From assembly GCF_009914755.1 (NCBI RefSeq), contig NC_060934.1: a DNA stretch of 64,000 nucleotides; one strand, given 5' to 3'. The notes beneath the pieces were generated by a model, which did no database searches, was not told where the DNA came from, and was given only the letters and a program-made list of their open reading frames with translations. Shown one piece after another: positions 12,852 to 27,277 of the stretch (position 1 is its first letter; every line of letters begins with the position of its first letter). The position numbers and the translations under genes were made by a program. The stretch is from the human T2T-CHM13v2.0 reference genome, Homo sapiens.

Positions 12852-13043
12852 CAAGTGTTTTTGAAGTGTGATCTACCAAAAACTTGCACCAAGAACATCT
12901 GAGACGCTTTTTAAAATCAAGATTCCCAGGCACCAAAAAAACCCTCCTGATATAAATCCCTTGGGATTCAGCTCAGAAATCTGCATTGTAAGTAAGCATC
13001 TCAGGTCATTCTTCCAATACCAAAATCTGAGAACCACTGTTCT
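12852..13043. mobile_element. MER5-like hAT element
   Basis: 'agattcccaggc...aatctgcatt...ctgagaaccactg'. Confidence 0.65.
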
Positions 13044-13266
13044 CAAGGAAGCAAGAGGACAGCCGATGCAAGTAACACTGAGAATTTAGGATCGAAATCT
13101 ACTCACCAACAAACAGAATTTCATTTTCAAGGGATCTTGCCCCTTAAGTAATTACCCTTTTTCCTATCCATTATCTAATACCCACATAACCTGTGTTCAC
13201 AGCCTGTTCTCTGAGGTAACCATTCTCTCCTTGAGCAGATGCAACCTAGCTTTTATAAGTATTAAC

Positions 13267-13352
13267 TAGAATATAAATTCTAATATCTTTTAAATATTAG
13301 ATGGAATATATTCTAATATCTTTTAAATATTAGATAGAATATATTCTAATAT
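13267..13352. repeat. AT-rich 33-bp tandem repeat (about 2.6 copies) built from inverted sub-repeats
   Basis: Units at 13278-13310 and 13311-13343 differ at 1 position. Confidence 0.9.
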
Positions 13353-14699
13353 TTACATAATGTTTGCATAATGCTTCAGAACTCATAAACCATTCCAAAC
13401 ACATTATATCTTAGCTGATGTTCAAAAACACTTGCAAAGAGGTACATTTCCTGATTTTCTGATAAGGAACCTGAGGCTGAGATGGTGAGTGGTTTGCTCT
13501 ATAGGATACAGGGCAAAGTGACAGGATCCCAACTCCCACTTAGGTCATCCAGTGCAAGCTCAGTGTTCATGTCACCACATTATGGATCCCAATAAACAAA
13601 ATTGCATTTTTAGATAACACTGGTAACCTATCCCTTGGTTGCCAAACGTTACAGCCTTTCCTCATGAATCACTTGCCAAGCATTTCCTGACCATCCACTT
13701 GCTAGAATTTTATTTCAGCTTAGCTTCCAGCACTTTGCCTACTTCTGATTCTCACGACTGGGGCTCATTCTCCTAAAGATATCTTTGACTCTTAATCTTC
13801 TCTCTGTGTGTTTTTCATTGCGCTTTGACAGTCTTGTGGCTTCTCCAACAATTCCCCGAACTAACAAATGTCATTTGACTGATGTTAAATAACAAATTTG
13901 TTGAAAGTATTTTCTATTCTTCTGGGTAGTGTATTTTTTAAACTTTAAATTTGTTCACACAATAATCTTACTTTACCTTAACAATAATTGCAAAGATAAT
14001 ACACTAATTATATATTTGAATGAGAAAAATTTCAAGACAAGTAATTCTATTCATTTGATTTCATATTCCAATATTTAAAATGACATTTTAAATCTTAATA
14101 CTTTATTTAAGGAATAGCTAACAAATAATTTTGGAAATTTCTTCATTGCCATTAGAGGTTCTATTTTTCTATATTAAGCTTTTTTTATTTTTAAAAATAG
14201 AGCTACTTGGACATAAAATAAAATTAAATTAAACAAATTTAAGTTCCACGCCTCCTGACCAAATAAGATCTTCAAAAGATGTTTAACAAAGAAATTAGAT
14301 GTTTACTTCACTGAGACTTCTCAAAAGTTTTGTTGGACCTGCTGTAAATTAGTTTAAATTTAAAAAGCAATTGAATTAAGTATATAAAATAACTTAAAGT
14401 TGCGTTCCCATAGACAATAGCAATTTTTTTAAGTTGTACCATGTAATCTCAAATCAACCATGCTTGGTACATGTTACGCCTTCTTTCATAAATGTCAACA
14501 GGTTACATTTTCAAAATCATTGCTATTTAAATGTAGCCAATAAAATGTCTATTAACCTTCACTTTCATTTTTCAAAAGCATGTTCTTTAGACATCAATGT
14601 TCCATTTCTTTTAAAGTTTAAGAACATAGAGGAAGTATATTTTAAAGAGTTATACATGGTATGCACCATCAGATTTGGCCCTATCATGGTATCTACTCA

Positions 14700-14861
<162 letters not shown>

Positions 14862-15596
14862 TCAAAGGTTGATTTAAATAAGTAAATATACATACTTATA
14901 TATTATATGTAATATATATAAAATTTCAAACACATCAAACTATAAGGAAAATCAAAACAGTGTTACGGTTTTGACATAGTAGTGGTAATAAGACAATTAC
15001 TTGAATAGGTTCCTCTTACAAATGGAATGGGAAACAGTGCTTGTCCAGAGAGCAGATAGCAGCTCTACTTAGCAGCCACCTCTGTCCCCAGTGTCACTGA
15101 TGTATGTAAAGAATCAACAAATAATCTCCTCTAAGTTGTACATTCTCTGGTTTATCCTTAAAAAGGTAGCAATTTGGGGCAAGAGTGCGGGGGATGTTAC
15201 TTTTGGGGGAAGGGAGAACATGAGGGCTAAAGATGCAATGTCAAATAGAGTCTGAGAATATTCTATATTTTGTTCTTTCCTACTATTTTTTCTCCTATTA
15301 GCAGAAAATACAATGATGATCAATATGACAGATTCTTTTGTCTTTTTCCTCACTTTAATTGTGTGTGTAATTGGTGACTACTATGTGTATAAAAGAATGT
15401 AATTCTACACCAAAGATGAAAAGAACACCAGAACTTTGACATGTCACAATTCACTATTTTAGATGAGTGAGTTTTGGACTTTCAACAAACTTGACCCCTA
15501 ATAAGCAACACCACTATTCATAAATTACTCAAGCCATCCTTGAATCCTCTCCTCTTACTGACATTCTCAATAACCAATATATATTCTATTTTTTAA

Positions 15597-16054
15597 AAAC
15601 TTTTTTTTAGACACAAGGTCTTGCTCTGTTACGCTGGCTGGAGTTCAGCGGTGGGATCATAGCTCACTACAACCTCAACGCCTAGGCTCAAGCGATCCTA
15701 ATTCCTCAGCCTCCTGAGTAGCCAGGATTACAAATGCATGCCCCAATGCCCAGCTATTTTTTTTATTTTTATTTTTTTAAGACAGAGTCTCGCTCTGTCG
15801 CCCAGGCTGTAGTGCAGTGGTGCAATCTTGGCTTACCGCAACCTCCACCTCCCAGGTTCAAGCAATTCTCGGCCTCAGCCTCCCAAGTAGCTGGGATTAC
15901 AGGCGCCCGCCACCACGCCTGGCTAGTTTTTTGTATTTTCAGTAGAGATGGGGTTTCACCATTTTGCCCAGGCTGGTCTTGAACTCCTGACCTCATGATC
16001 CACCTGCCTTGGACTCCTAAAGTGCTGAGATTACAGGCATGAGCCACTGCACCT
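15597..16054 (-). mobile_element. AluJ right arm (about 15597-15757) directly followed by a full AluS (about 15757-16054)
   Basis: Two successive antisense Alu bodies; the AluS sits at the A-rich linker of the older copy. Confidence 0.9.
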
Positions 16055-16075
16055 AAAGGTTTTCTTTTCTCCACT

Positions 16076-16250
16076 TAGATCAGAGATTGGTAAACTACAA
16101 CATCTGTTTTTGTAAATCAAGTTTTACTGGAACACAGGCCATGCTCATTCATTTATCCATTGTCTATGGCCGCTGTCATGCTACAGTGGCAAAGTTTAGC
16201 AGGTGGAACACACACTTTTTACATAAAAAGCTGTCAGGTCCCTGGTCTAG
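16076..16250. mobile_element. MER58A-like hAT element
   Basis: 'gtttttgtaaatcaagttttactggaacacag...catgctcattcattt...gtctatggccgct'. Confidence 0.75.
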
Positions 16251-16709
16251 ATTATGGATGCCATCATTTTTTGCCTGGAGCACTCCAGTATCTTTAAATG
16301 GTTCAGCAGCATTCAACTCTGGCCCATTTTCAAGTCTGCAATTCACAGTGTAGCCAGAGTGATTATTTTAAAAACTTAAATCACATAACTACCCCTTAAT
16401 AGCCCTTCTAAAGTTGCCCATCCATTGGGATGACCAAACTCTCCAGGATGTCCTAAAAGTCCTGCATGCCTCTCCAACCTTATCTTACACTGCCCTCCTC
16501 CTCATTCAACTTGAATAACTCTTTCTCATAGAGGTCTGGCCAAAACATTACATAAAAGCAGATCCCCTGGTGACTCAATCCCATAGCACCTTGTTCTTTG
16601 CCTTCATACATGTCCATAATTTATAATCATATGTGCATTTTTATGTTTATATGGTTTATATTTGCTGTCTACTGAAACAGAAGCTCTAAAATGGCAAATA
16701 GTGTCTGTT

Positions 16710-17700
16710 TTAAATCAAACTTTTGAATTGACTATAACATATATACAAAAAGTACAAATCATAAGTGTATAGTATAAATTTCAAAAATGAATATGCCCAA
16801 ATAAACACCCCGAAAACAAGAAATACAACATTAACCAAACTCCAGTGGCCCCCACTTATGCTCATTCCTAGTCATCATGCCCTCCATACCCCCCAAAGTG
16901 GTGATCTTTCCCTTTATTTGAAAATTATATAATTAGAATTACAAGTGAGTATTCATTTTTCCCTAATATTAAGTTAGTGAAATTCACCCATGCTGTTACT
17001 TATGGTAGAAGGAATTCATTTTTCATTGCTATATAGTTTTACAACATATAAATATGTTGCAATTTCTTTACCCATTATGCCTTTGAGGGGCATCTGGGTT
17101 GTTTTCCGTTCTTGGCTAGTACAAATAATGCTGCCATAAATGTTTCATATCTTTTGATGCATATATATATGATGTTATTTAAGTATATTTAAGAGTAGAA
17201 TGTCTGGGTCATAGATATATAGTAAGCCCATTCAAAATTAGTAGCGTTTTTCAATTATACTTCTACTAAAAATGTGAGTTCTAGCTTTCTAACATGATCC
17301 CAAACATTTTACATTATTAGTCTAAATTTGGCCATTCCAAGTGTATAGCGGTATCTCCTGTGGTTGAAATGTTCATTTTTCTTAAAATGAATGAGAACGA
17401 AACCCATTTGTGTTTATTGGGCATGTGTGTCTCTTGGTGAGATGCCTCCTCAAGATATTTGCATGGTTTTCTATTGCATCTGTCTTTTTCTTATTAATTT
17501 GTAAGAACTATTTATAGTATGCTGGACCCAGTCTTTATCAGTTACATGTGCTAGAAATACATTCTCCCTTTTGGTAACTTGCCCTTTCACTCTCCTTCTT
17601 GGTTATTTTTGCTCAATAAAGGATTCTAATTTTAATGAGCTCAATAAATGTTTTTTTCCTTTGTGGTTCATGCTTTTTGTATCCAACAAGAGTTTTAATG
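16710..17700 (-). mobile_element. Ancient L1M 3' fragment
   Basis: Antisense L1M 3' phrases (aataatgctgccataaat, aattcatttttcattgct). Confidence 0.7.
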
Positions 17701-20560
17701 GGGAAGAAATAAACAACATCAAGATGATAAAATACCTGAGAAGATAATGGCTGCAAATTTTTGAGAAGTGATGAGAGAAAGACTCTAAACGTTCACGAAG
17801 CCTGATATATCCTTTAGGAACAAGGAAAGATAAAAAGAAACCTATGCTTAATACATCACAGCAGAAATACAAAATGGCAAAGGCAAAGAGAAGATCCTAA
17901 AAGTACTCAGAGCAAAAAAAGATAGATCATGAGAAAGGAAAGAAGAAAACTGATTGACAGCTGATTAACAGCAGCAGTAGACACCAGAAGACAGTTCAAA
18001 TACCTTCAAAGTGCTTAGAAAAAATAATAGCCAGTCCAGAATTGTGTACCCAGCAAAAGTATCTTTCAAGAATAAAGATGAGGACCAAGATGAGGTTAAC
18101 AGGAATCCACCTGAAAAAACTAGAAACTAAAAATAAATAAAAATAAAGGATAATGAAACCATAGTTTTCAAAGATGCTGGGTATCAAGCAACAAAGGACA
18201 GAGATCACTGAGAGACAGGAAACAATGTGAGCCTATGACTGCCCCAGCATTGCAGCCTAGAGTTTCCAGGCTGTGATGGGGAAAAAGAAACACAGGCAAA
18301 ACTCAGTCGTCTCCTTGAGTTGGGAAAACAGAGCTGGGAATCCAGAGACGTCAACTGACTAGATTCTCAGGTAAGCCTATAGAAGAGGAAAGGGTGGCAG
18401 ATACAGAATTTGGGAGATCTGTAGGAGGTCTCCCTTGAGTCCTGAGCAAAGTCCTTAGCCATGGCATGCATATAAGAAAACTACCAGAAAGAATTAGAGC
18501 AGTGGCTCTTAACTGAGGGCAATTGTACTCCCTTGGAGCCATTGGCAATATCTGGAGACAATTTTTGATTGTCTTAATTTAAAGGATGTTACTGCCATCT
18601 ACTGTATTGAGGCCAGGGATGCTCCTAAACATTTGGTCATATACAGGGCAGTCCCCTAAACTCCAGAAATAATTATCCAGCCCATAAATGTCAATAATTC
18701 TAAGGTTGAGAAACTGCATTACAAGGAATAATCCCTGAAGTTTGCATAGGGCAGAAATAGTTCTTGTTCTCATCAGTTAGCAGGAAAATCCTCATAATTC
18801 ATAGGCACTGAGAAGAGTTATGGGATGGGTATTGTCTCAATAGTGGAAAAAATAAGCCCAAGATTTAATGCTATGATCTCACCTAAAAAAAAGCTAAAAA
18901 TAAGCCTCTGAAAGATCAAAATGTTTCCAAGTAATTTAACTGTATAACAAAATAAAGCTCAAGAATACTATCTATAGCAGGGGTCTTCAACCCCAGGCCA
19001 CAGACCAGTACCCGCTTATGACCTGTTAGGAACCAGGCCACACAGTAGGAGGTGAGTAGTAGAGACTGAGCAAAGCTTCATCTATATTTATAGCTGTCCC
19101 CCATTGCTTGCATTACCACCTGAGCTCTGCCTCCTGTCAGATCAGCAGCAGCATTAGATTCTCATAGGAGCGTGAACCCTATTGTGAACTGAGTATGCGA
19201 GGATCTAGGTTGCATGCTTCTTATGAGAATCTAATGCTTGATGATCTGTCGCCGTCTCCCATCACCACTACATGGGATCATCTAGTTGCAGGAAAATAAG
19301 CTCAAGGTTCCCACTGATCCTACATTATGGTGATTATGTAATAATAATAGAAATAAAGTACACAACAAATGTAATACACTTGAATCACACTGAAATCACT
19401 CCCCAAACCCCCATCTGTGGAAAAACTTGTCTTCCATGAAGCCGATCACTGGTGCCAAAATGGTTGGAGAAGGTTGATCCAAAGAAACACAAAAATACCC
19501 AGCATCCAACAAGATAAAACTCACAGTAACTGGTAGTTAATCAAGATAAAACTCACAATGACTCAAAATTACTAGGTATGCAAAGAAAGCAGAAAATACT
19601 GCTCATAATGAAGAAAAAAATGAAACAATGAAACCAAATACTGAAATTACACAGATGATAAACTGGATAAAACCAAACCCTAAAATTACACAGATAGCAG
19701 ACAAGAAAATTAAAAGTTATTATTTAACTGTATTTCAAATGCTCTAAAAAGTTAAAGGAAACACTGAACATGAGAAATAGAATATATAAAAATTACTCAA
19801 ATCAAACTTCTAGATATGGAAAGTATGAAATAAGAAAAAAGTACACTGAATGAGATTAATATAGATACTGCAGAAGGAAAAGTAATACTGTAGAATAAGC
19901 AACATGAGCTGTCCACAATGAAACACAGGGAGAAAATATACTGAGAAATTATGAATAGGACTGAATAGGACTTAGTGATCTGGGCAACTACTTTAAATGG
20001 CCTAATATACATGTTAACTGGCATCTCCAAAGAAAGGGGGCAGTTGCTGGAAACTATTTAAAGAAATATGGCAGAAAATAGTCCAAATATGATGAAAAAA
20101 GTATAAACCCACATGTTCAAGAAGCTCAATGTACCCAAGCACAAAGAAAACATAAAACACCACCAAAATGCTTAAAACCAGGAAGAAAATATTGAAATCA
20201 TCCAAAAGATTTAAAAAACACATTATATATAAAACAATAAGGATTAAAAACGACAGCACACTTCTCATCAGAAACAATGTGGGCCACAAAACAATGGAGC
20301 AACATCTTTAAAATACTCAAAGAAAAATACTGTTAACTTAGAATTCTATACCCAGCAAAAATATCTTTTAGAAATGAAGGGGTATTGAAAAGTTTTGAAA
20401 AATATACACAAGCTGAAAGAATTCACTGCCAGCAGACTTGCATTGCAAGAAATGTTACAGGAAGTCTTTCAGACAGGAGGAAAATGTTGGCAGATGGAAA
20501 TGTGGGTCCATACAGAGGAATAAAGAACACTGGGAATATCTACTATCTGTGTATCTATGG
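17700..20560 (+). mobile_element. Ancient L1M 5'/ORF1 fragments with nested MER20 (about 18498-18716) and MER1A
   Basis: A-rich ORF1-like phrases 'agaattctatacccagcaaaaatatc' and 'caagaagctcaat'; MER20 'cagtggctcttaac...ggttgagaaactgc'. Confidence 0.7.
18978..19476. mobile_element. MER1A hAT-Charlie element
   Basis: 'caggggtcttcaacccc...cattagattctcataggag...cttatgagaatctaatg...gtgccaaaatggttgg'; about 500 bp. Confidence 0.85.
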
Positions 20561-22091
20561 CATATCTTGCACATAGTAAAACAGAGATAGCTGAATAAAA
20601 TGTTTTTAAATGAAGCAATTATGATAATTGACAGGCAATATTAAGAACATCAGCTAAATATTTTTTCTACTTAGCTTTGTTCCATGTCTGCATTCCAAAA
20701 TAATTTCATAGGCATTAAGTTTGTAATTTTTAATAACTTTGTTTTACAAATATTGTTGGATAGCAACATTTTTAATTTTGGACAACTAAAATTTTGCATT
20801 CCATTATCCTGTTTTAACTGAGGTGATTTTATTCTTTAATATACAGACTTGCCTTTAAAAAGGCAATACTTAAATGGAAATTGTGTTTCCATATGCCAGA
20901 GCCACCAATCACAACTGATGGGTTTACCTGTTGCTCAGAAGAATCTGCAGGAAATTGAACACTAGGCCTTGTAACTCATCAGACTCACAAGCACTCACTG
21001 CACTGGAACCCCTGGAGTCAACTTTATGTTCTAAGTATCTGTCAGGTTCACAGAATTAAGTGTCTAGCTTATAAGGATGAGCAACATTGATTTATCCCTC
21101 CAGAAGGAGCTTAACTTTTTCCTTCAGCTTGCTTTAATGAAGCTTCATTCATCTTGCATGCTCAGGCAGTGAGTAATTTCTCTTAAGTGAATGTTTGGAA
21201 GCTAAAAATTACAACAAATCTTCTTATTTTATTGCCTTTTAAAAAATCTACCAAATTTTCCATGACTGCCTAAATTATAATGCCATATTCTAGAGATGAT
21301 GTCACTTCACTGTTTTATCAAAAGTGAGCCCCCGGAATGATGACTCATACAGTTTAATTTGCCTTTAATGTGGCAATTTGATGGTTAGAAGTGGTTTTGA
21401 TTTATTAATGACTATCTCTGCTTCCCCTAGAAACAAAGTCTCTATATAGAACAATATCCCTCCATCAATGCCCCTAAATGCCACCAACATTATTGATTTT
21501 GCCTATTTCATCACTGCAGGAAGTATTCACATTCAATTAATCTAGTTAGGCCTTTGGCTACTTACTTTTACATTTTCAGACATCTATTGTTTCTTTTATA
21601 CTGCATTTATTTTCCTGAACTGGATTTTGTAGACATTATTGACTAATAAGAATAATCTATTTTTCAATATGGCAATTGACTGATCAATTCATTCTGGGTA
21701 TAATCTTTCAATTTTTGACAGTTCTCCAGTGACACTATTGTTACAGAATGACAAGTCATTTCCTAACTATCAAAGACTTGAGGGCAACAGGTTATACAAG
21801 AAAAGTGTTGGCATTCTTCTGAACACAGCAAGAGATTCCTAAAGAGTAAAATGAACAAAATCACAATCTTATACTATTATGAATTAAAGACTATGAAAGA
21901 AAAGTTTGAATGTCATATAAATGTACAGAATTATCTTATATGTAGAGACAAAGAAGGCTATAATGGAATAAAAATTCCACCAAACATTTAATAATTTACA
22001 TTGAATTCCGTTTACTGGGAATCCCAATGTTGCAATCACAGTGCTATGTGCTAGAAACAAAGATAAGAAGACCATCCTGTGTATCATGAAG

Positions 22092-22578
22092 TGTGGCAGA
22101 CTGCCACTGTTACTGCCTGAGACCCTCATTACAGCAGTTACCACTGTTACTGCCTGAGACCCTCATTATGAGACTGAATGAAGGGACGAACATAGAAATG
22201 ATAACAAAAAACAAAAGAAACTATTTTAAGGAAAGGGCCAGGGGAAGAAGAGAGCTCCCCGCTTCTAGTGAGCAAAGGCAGCCCCTGAGCTCCTACCACC
22301 CTTTGTATTTATTGGGTAGAAAGAGCATGGAGGAGGTAATGATTGGTCAGCTGCTTAACTGATCACAGGTTCACATCATTGCTAACAGGCTTCAATTATG
22401 CCTAATCACCAGAAACACTTGAGCTTGGGGCATGAATGCCCTCAGCATTCCTTCTGGGCAGCGGACATAGTTGTCAGCTTGCCCACATCCTGCATTTATG
22501 AGAAGTTTGCTGTTTACTCATATAACCTCCAGTGGTATACTGAGCTGATCATGACCCTCACACTTTCGGCCTCCAACA
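22092..22578 (-). mobile_element. LTR22-family (HERV-K22/HML-5) solo LTR, same orientation as MPP7
   Basis: Minus strand reads TGTTGGAGGCCGAAAG...GGCAGTCTGCCACA (TG...CA termini), 487 bp. It includes an internal 28-bp duplication (22103-22130 / 22141-22168). Family assignment is from recall. Confidence 0.8.
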
Positions 22579-22679
22579 AATAAGAAAGATATACTTTTGT
22601 TCTTTATTAGGTACAGAACACAGAAAATCCCTGAAACACACATACATACACACAAACACACACACACAAACATCTGTTA

Positions 22680-22865
22680 AAGGTCCAGTTTCGTTTCTGG
22701 ATACAAGTTTTTGAGCTTTAATTTTCTTAATCTTTAAAAGAGTTAATATTAGTACCTACTTAATAGGGCTTCACAATGATTAAAGAGATAATACATGAAA
22801 GTGCACGGCAAAAAGGCTGCTCCATAGTAAAGACTTCGTATTGTTGGCTTATTAGCTATTACAAT
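22680..22865 (+). mobile_element. MIR fragment
   Basis: 'agtacctacttaataggg...gattaaaagagataatacatgaaagtgc'. Confidence 0.65.
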
Positions 22866-23350
22866 TAATTTAATGATTATCTTATTTCAGGAACAGTCAC
22901 ATTGTATATTTAACCTTGTCTATAAACTTGTAAAGGACCATATATAAATTTTTTAAAAATCCTTTCCATATAGCTATTCTTTTCCTTCATATATTTGCAA
23001 AAGTTGGCCAAACTAGCAAGCAAACATTTTAAACAAATTTTATATTAAAAAGGTTAACAGGTTGTATATTGTGATAAAAATGGGTCAAACTAGAAATTAA
23101 CATCTGTAAATATAAAAAATGAAACCCAAACAACCTCACAAATTTAAATAAGTCAGGATATTGAAGTTATCAAAATGTATTATAGACAATCAAGAAGTTA
23201 ATATCAATGCCAATATGACATACACAATGTCCATGGAAGGTGACCAAATTTAAGAGAAAGCCGCATACTCTTAAATGTGTTTGTAATTAAACAAGCGTGA
23301 CAGCTAAGGAGCCCACTATCTAATCAAAGATAGATATAAAGAAAAAAATC

Positions 23351-23696
<346 letters not shown>

Positions 23697-25571
23697 TTAC
23701 TCATTTCTGGTATGCAGAGCAAGAAACTAGAGAAAAATATGTATATTAATAGCACTGAGAAATGGGACAGAACTTTGGATACAAATCAACAGGATAAATT
23801 GAACACCATTCCAACATGCTTGAAATCTTAATAAAATGTTAAGTTTCCTAGGAAAAAATAAATAATGAAGTAATTCTGGAAGAGCTTGAAAGCTGGATTA
23901 AATCAATAACTACAGAAGAAATTAAAAGCACTATCAAAAAACTTTCCCCAGAGATGGCACTGGAACCAAATGAAGGGTTGTATTAAAGTTTTCTGTGTTA
24001 TTTACAGAATTCCAACACATAGTAAAATGTAACATTTCTTTTTCAAAGGTCTCACAACCCAAATGTAAAACCTAACCAGAAAGTATAAAAAGATGACAGC
24101 ACAACTTTGGTCTCAGGATGATTTTTTTTAAATACTAAAGTAAAATATTACAAAATTAGACATAAAAATCTTCTTTTATCAAAAAGAAGTTTTAATCCCA
24201 AGAATTTAATGTTTTATCACATAAATATCTGCAGTTATTTATGCTAACAACTAAAAAAGTTTCTATGATCACTTTGATAAGTACCATAAAGTCACTTGAC
24301 AAAATTTAACATAATTCTGATTTATTTTTTTTAAATGAGACAACAAAACTTTGTAAAATATTCTATCAGAAACCAGCCACAAACATCATACTTATTAATA
24401 ACAGGAAGCACAGAAGTATCCCCATAAAAGTACAGAAAAACAAAAGCATATCCTGTTTTTACTACAAGTTTTGAGCATTTTTTCCTGCAAGTCATATCAA
24501 GGCAATAAGGTAAGGGGGGAAATTATCTATAATTACTAAACAGGAAAAGATTTTTAAAAAATCTTGTCAATAACATTGAAAATTAAATGAGATACTTCGG
24601 TAAGGTGGTATAAAATAAGTATTATGGAAATTAACATGTTTACTGTATAGAAACAACATACTTGTTAGAAAATACTCAGTAAATAGTATACCATGGGGGA
24701 AAATTAATTTATACATATGTGTAGATGTGTGTATACATATAAATATATGCATGCCGGCACACACGCGTACACATCAGGCCTGGGAATAGACTTAGCAGGA
24801 AATAGTCCAGGGTTATATAAGGAACAATTTGATCTAAATAAATAAATTGCCACGGTCTCTGGAAAATTTAATTGCATCCCAATGGTTTTTTTTTATGACA
24901 TAAAAGAGAATTCCAAATTTCTTCTGGGAAAATACATTTGCAAGAATAATGATAGGAATTTGGCCTTAGAAGGTATCATGCTACAATTACTAAAACAATA
25001 AGATAACCAAATTAACAGCAATCAAACCAAGAGTTCAAAACAGATTCAGATATATAATAAAGATAAATCAAATTGTGAGAAAATTACCATCCACTTGAAT
25101 AAAAAAAAACTAGAACCACATCTTATACCATACACCAAATTTTCATACAGAGTGATAATTTCAAACTTCAAAAAATCACATTTTTAAAAAGCCAAAAGAA
25201 AATAGGAAAGACAATTTTCGTAAACTCATCATGAAGAATACAAGTCCTTTCCAAGCTAACTCAGTGCCCAGAAGTCATAAAGAAAAAGAATGCCAAATTC
25301 TACTATATAAAAGTACATATTTCTACCCAGTCTTAGAAAATGCATGTAAGATTAAAGAAAAATAACTAAGGAGAAATCTATAATAATGATTTTATATTCT
25401 TATGTCACTCACAAGTCATTAGGAAAAACACAAAATTTTTACTAATCATTATTTAATCACACAGTACTCAATGAAAGCCTGCTATACACCTGCAATTTTT
25501 ATTCCCTATTCTCATGTGGCTTATATTCTAGTGGTACTCAACTAGCAAAGCTAAAAAAGAATATTAGTTGG

Positions 25572-25860
25572 GGCTGTGCATGGTGGCTCACCTCTGTAAT
25601 CCTAGCACTTTGGGAGGACTAGGTGAGTGGATCACTTGAGGCCAGGAGTTCAAGACCAGCCTGGCCAACATGTCAAAACCCCGAATTGTCAAAAAACACA
25701 AGAATTAGCCAGGTGTGGTGGCGTGCACCTGTAGTCCCAGCTAGTTAGGAGGCTGAGGCAGGAGAATCGCTTAAACTTGGGAGGTGGAGGTTACAGTAAG
25801 CTGAGATTGTGCCACTGCACGCCAACCTGGGTGACAGAGCGAGACTCTGTCTCAAAAAAA
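25572..25860 (+). mobile_element. AluS
   Basis: Full Alu; TSD aaagaatattagt on both sides. Confidence 0.95.
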
Positions 25861-26977
25861 GAGAAAGAATATTAGTCGAAAAGAGCTTATGCAATTAATT
25901 GCATATAAATTGCAACAGCATAGGGAAACAGGCCTTCTCATGCACTATACTGCAGGTGCTCGAGAAGGTCTGTCTTAACAACAAGCTGGAAACAATGATC
26001 AAAACTGTAAAATGTACAAACATTATGTATGCCCCAATAATTTACTGTCCTAATTAAAGTATATTTTGACAAAATATTCCATAAAATCCTCTAATATACA
26101 AAAGATGTGCATCATAGTGTTATTTAAATAGCAGAAAAGCAGAAATAACAAAGGTTCGTCTGTAAGTTAAAATAGGTAATTTTGTTGACACAAAGAGAAG
26201 GCTACAAAATGCCAAAAATATTAAAAGAAAAAAAAATCACATTAAGTAGTGCATTCTATGATCCCACAGAATATACTGGGAAAAAACATTTAATATTTAT
26301 ATATACAGAAAGGGTTGAAAGGTAATGCAGCCAGCCAAGAGCAGTTATCCCTAGAGGTATATGAACATGCAATTCACAGAAGAAATAAAAACATATAAGC
26401 ATAGGAAAAGATATGCATCCGCACTAATAAAGCAATGACGATAGGGGCTTCTACTTTCTTTATAATTTGAATGAAAAATACAATTACGTATTATCAAAAA
26501 AGAATATTTCTGTTTCCTTTTAAGTCTTTATCAAGTCACTCTGCAAAAAGTAAAAGTGAACATAATAAATTATCACATCTTATTAAGGACAGATATCATA
26601 AATCATGTATATTAATAAATGTTCCTTCTAATCTCACTTATGGATTTTAAAATATTCTTTCCTTTATGGGTGCATGTTTGTGTCTGTATGTGTGTATTCC
26701 TATCTTTGTGGATCAAATGCTTTTCTATTCCATGATAACATAACTTACAAATTTTCTTCTAATACATATTTTTTCAATTAAAAATATTCTTATGGTTCAA
26801 CTTTTTACACTTAAATTTTTAATCTATTTGAAGTTCACTCTAGTGGTGACTTTTCTCATTTTTTCCCAAACTATTTGTTATTCCAAGACCACGTATTACA
26901 ATTGTCCCTCAAGCTGCCCATCCCCCGTGCTTCCTTCCACCCATCCCACACTCTTTCATTAGGACCTCAATCGTGTG

Positions 26978-26978
<1 letters not shown>

Positions 26979-27022
<44 letters not shown>
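26979..27022. repeat. (TG)22 perfect microsatellite
   Basis: 44 bp of uninterrupted TG. Confidence 0.98.
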
Positions 27023-27024
<2 letters not shown>

Positions 27025-27277
27025 AGACTGAGTTTCACTCTTTCACCCAGGCTAGAGTGAAGCGGCGTGATCTTAGCTCACTGAAACCTCCATCTCCCAG
27101 GTTCAAGTGATTCTCCTGCCTCAGCCTCCCAGGTAGCTGGGATTACAGGCACCTGCCACCGCCACCATACCCGGGATTTTTGTATCTTTAGTAGAGATGG
27201 GGTTTCACCATGTTGGCCAGGCTGGTCTCGAACTCCTGACCTCCGGTGATCAGCCCACCTCGGCCTCCCAAAGTGCT
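27023..27277 (-). mobile_element. AluS, slightly 5'-truncated, with the tail position occupied by (CA)22
   Basis: Antisense Alu body ending ...cccaaagtgct. Confidence 0.92.

Noticed and set aside
22103-22168. 28-bp direct repeat resembling a CRISPR-like or novel array
   Set aside because: Only two copies, inside an LTR whose recalled consensus has this duplication; eukaryotic context.
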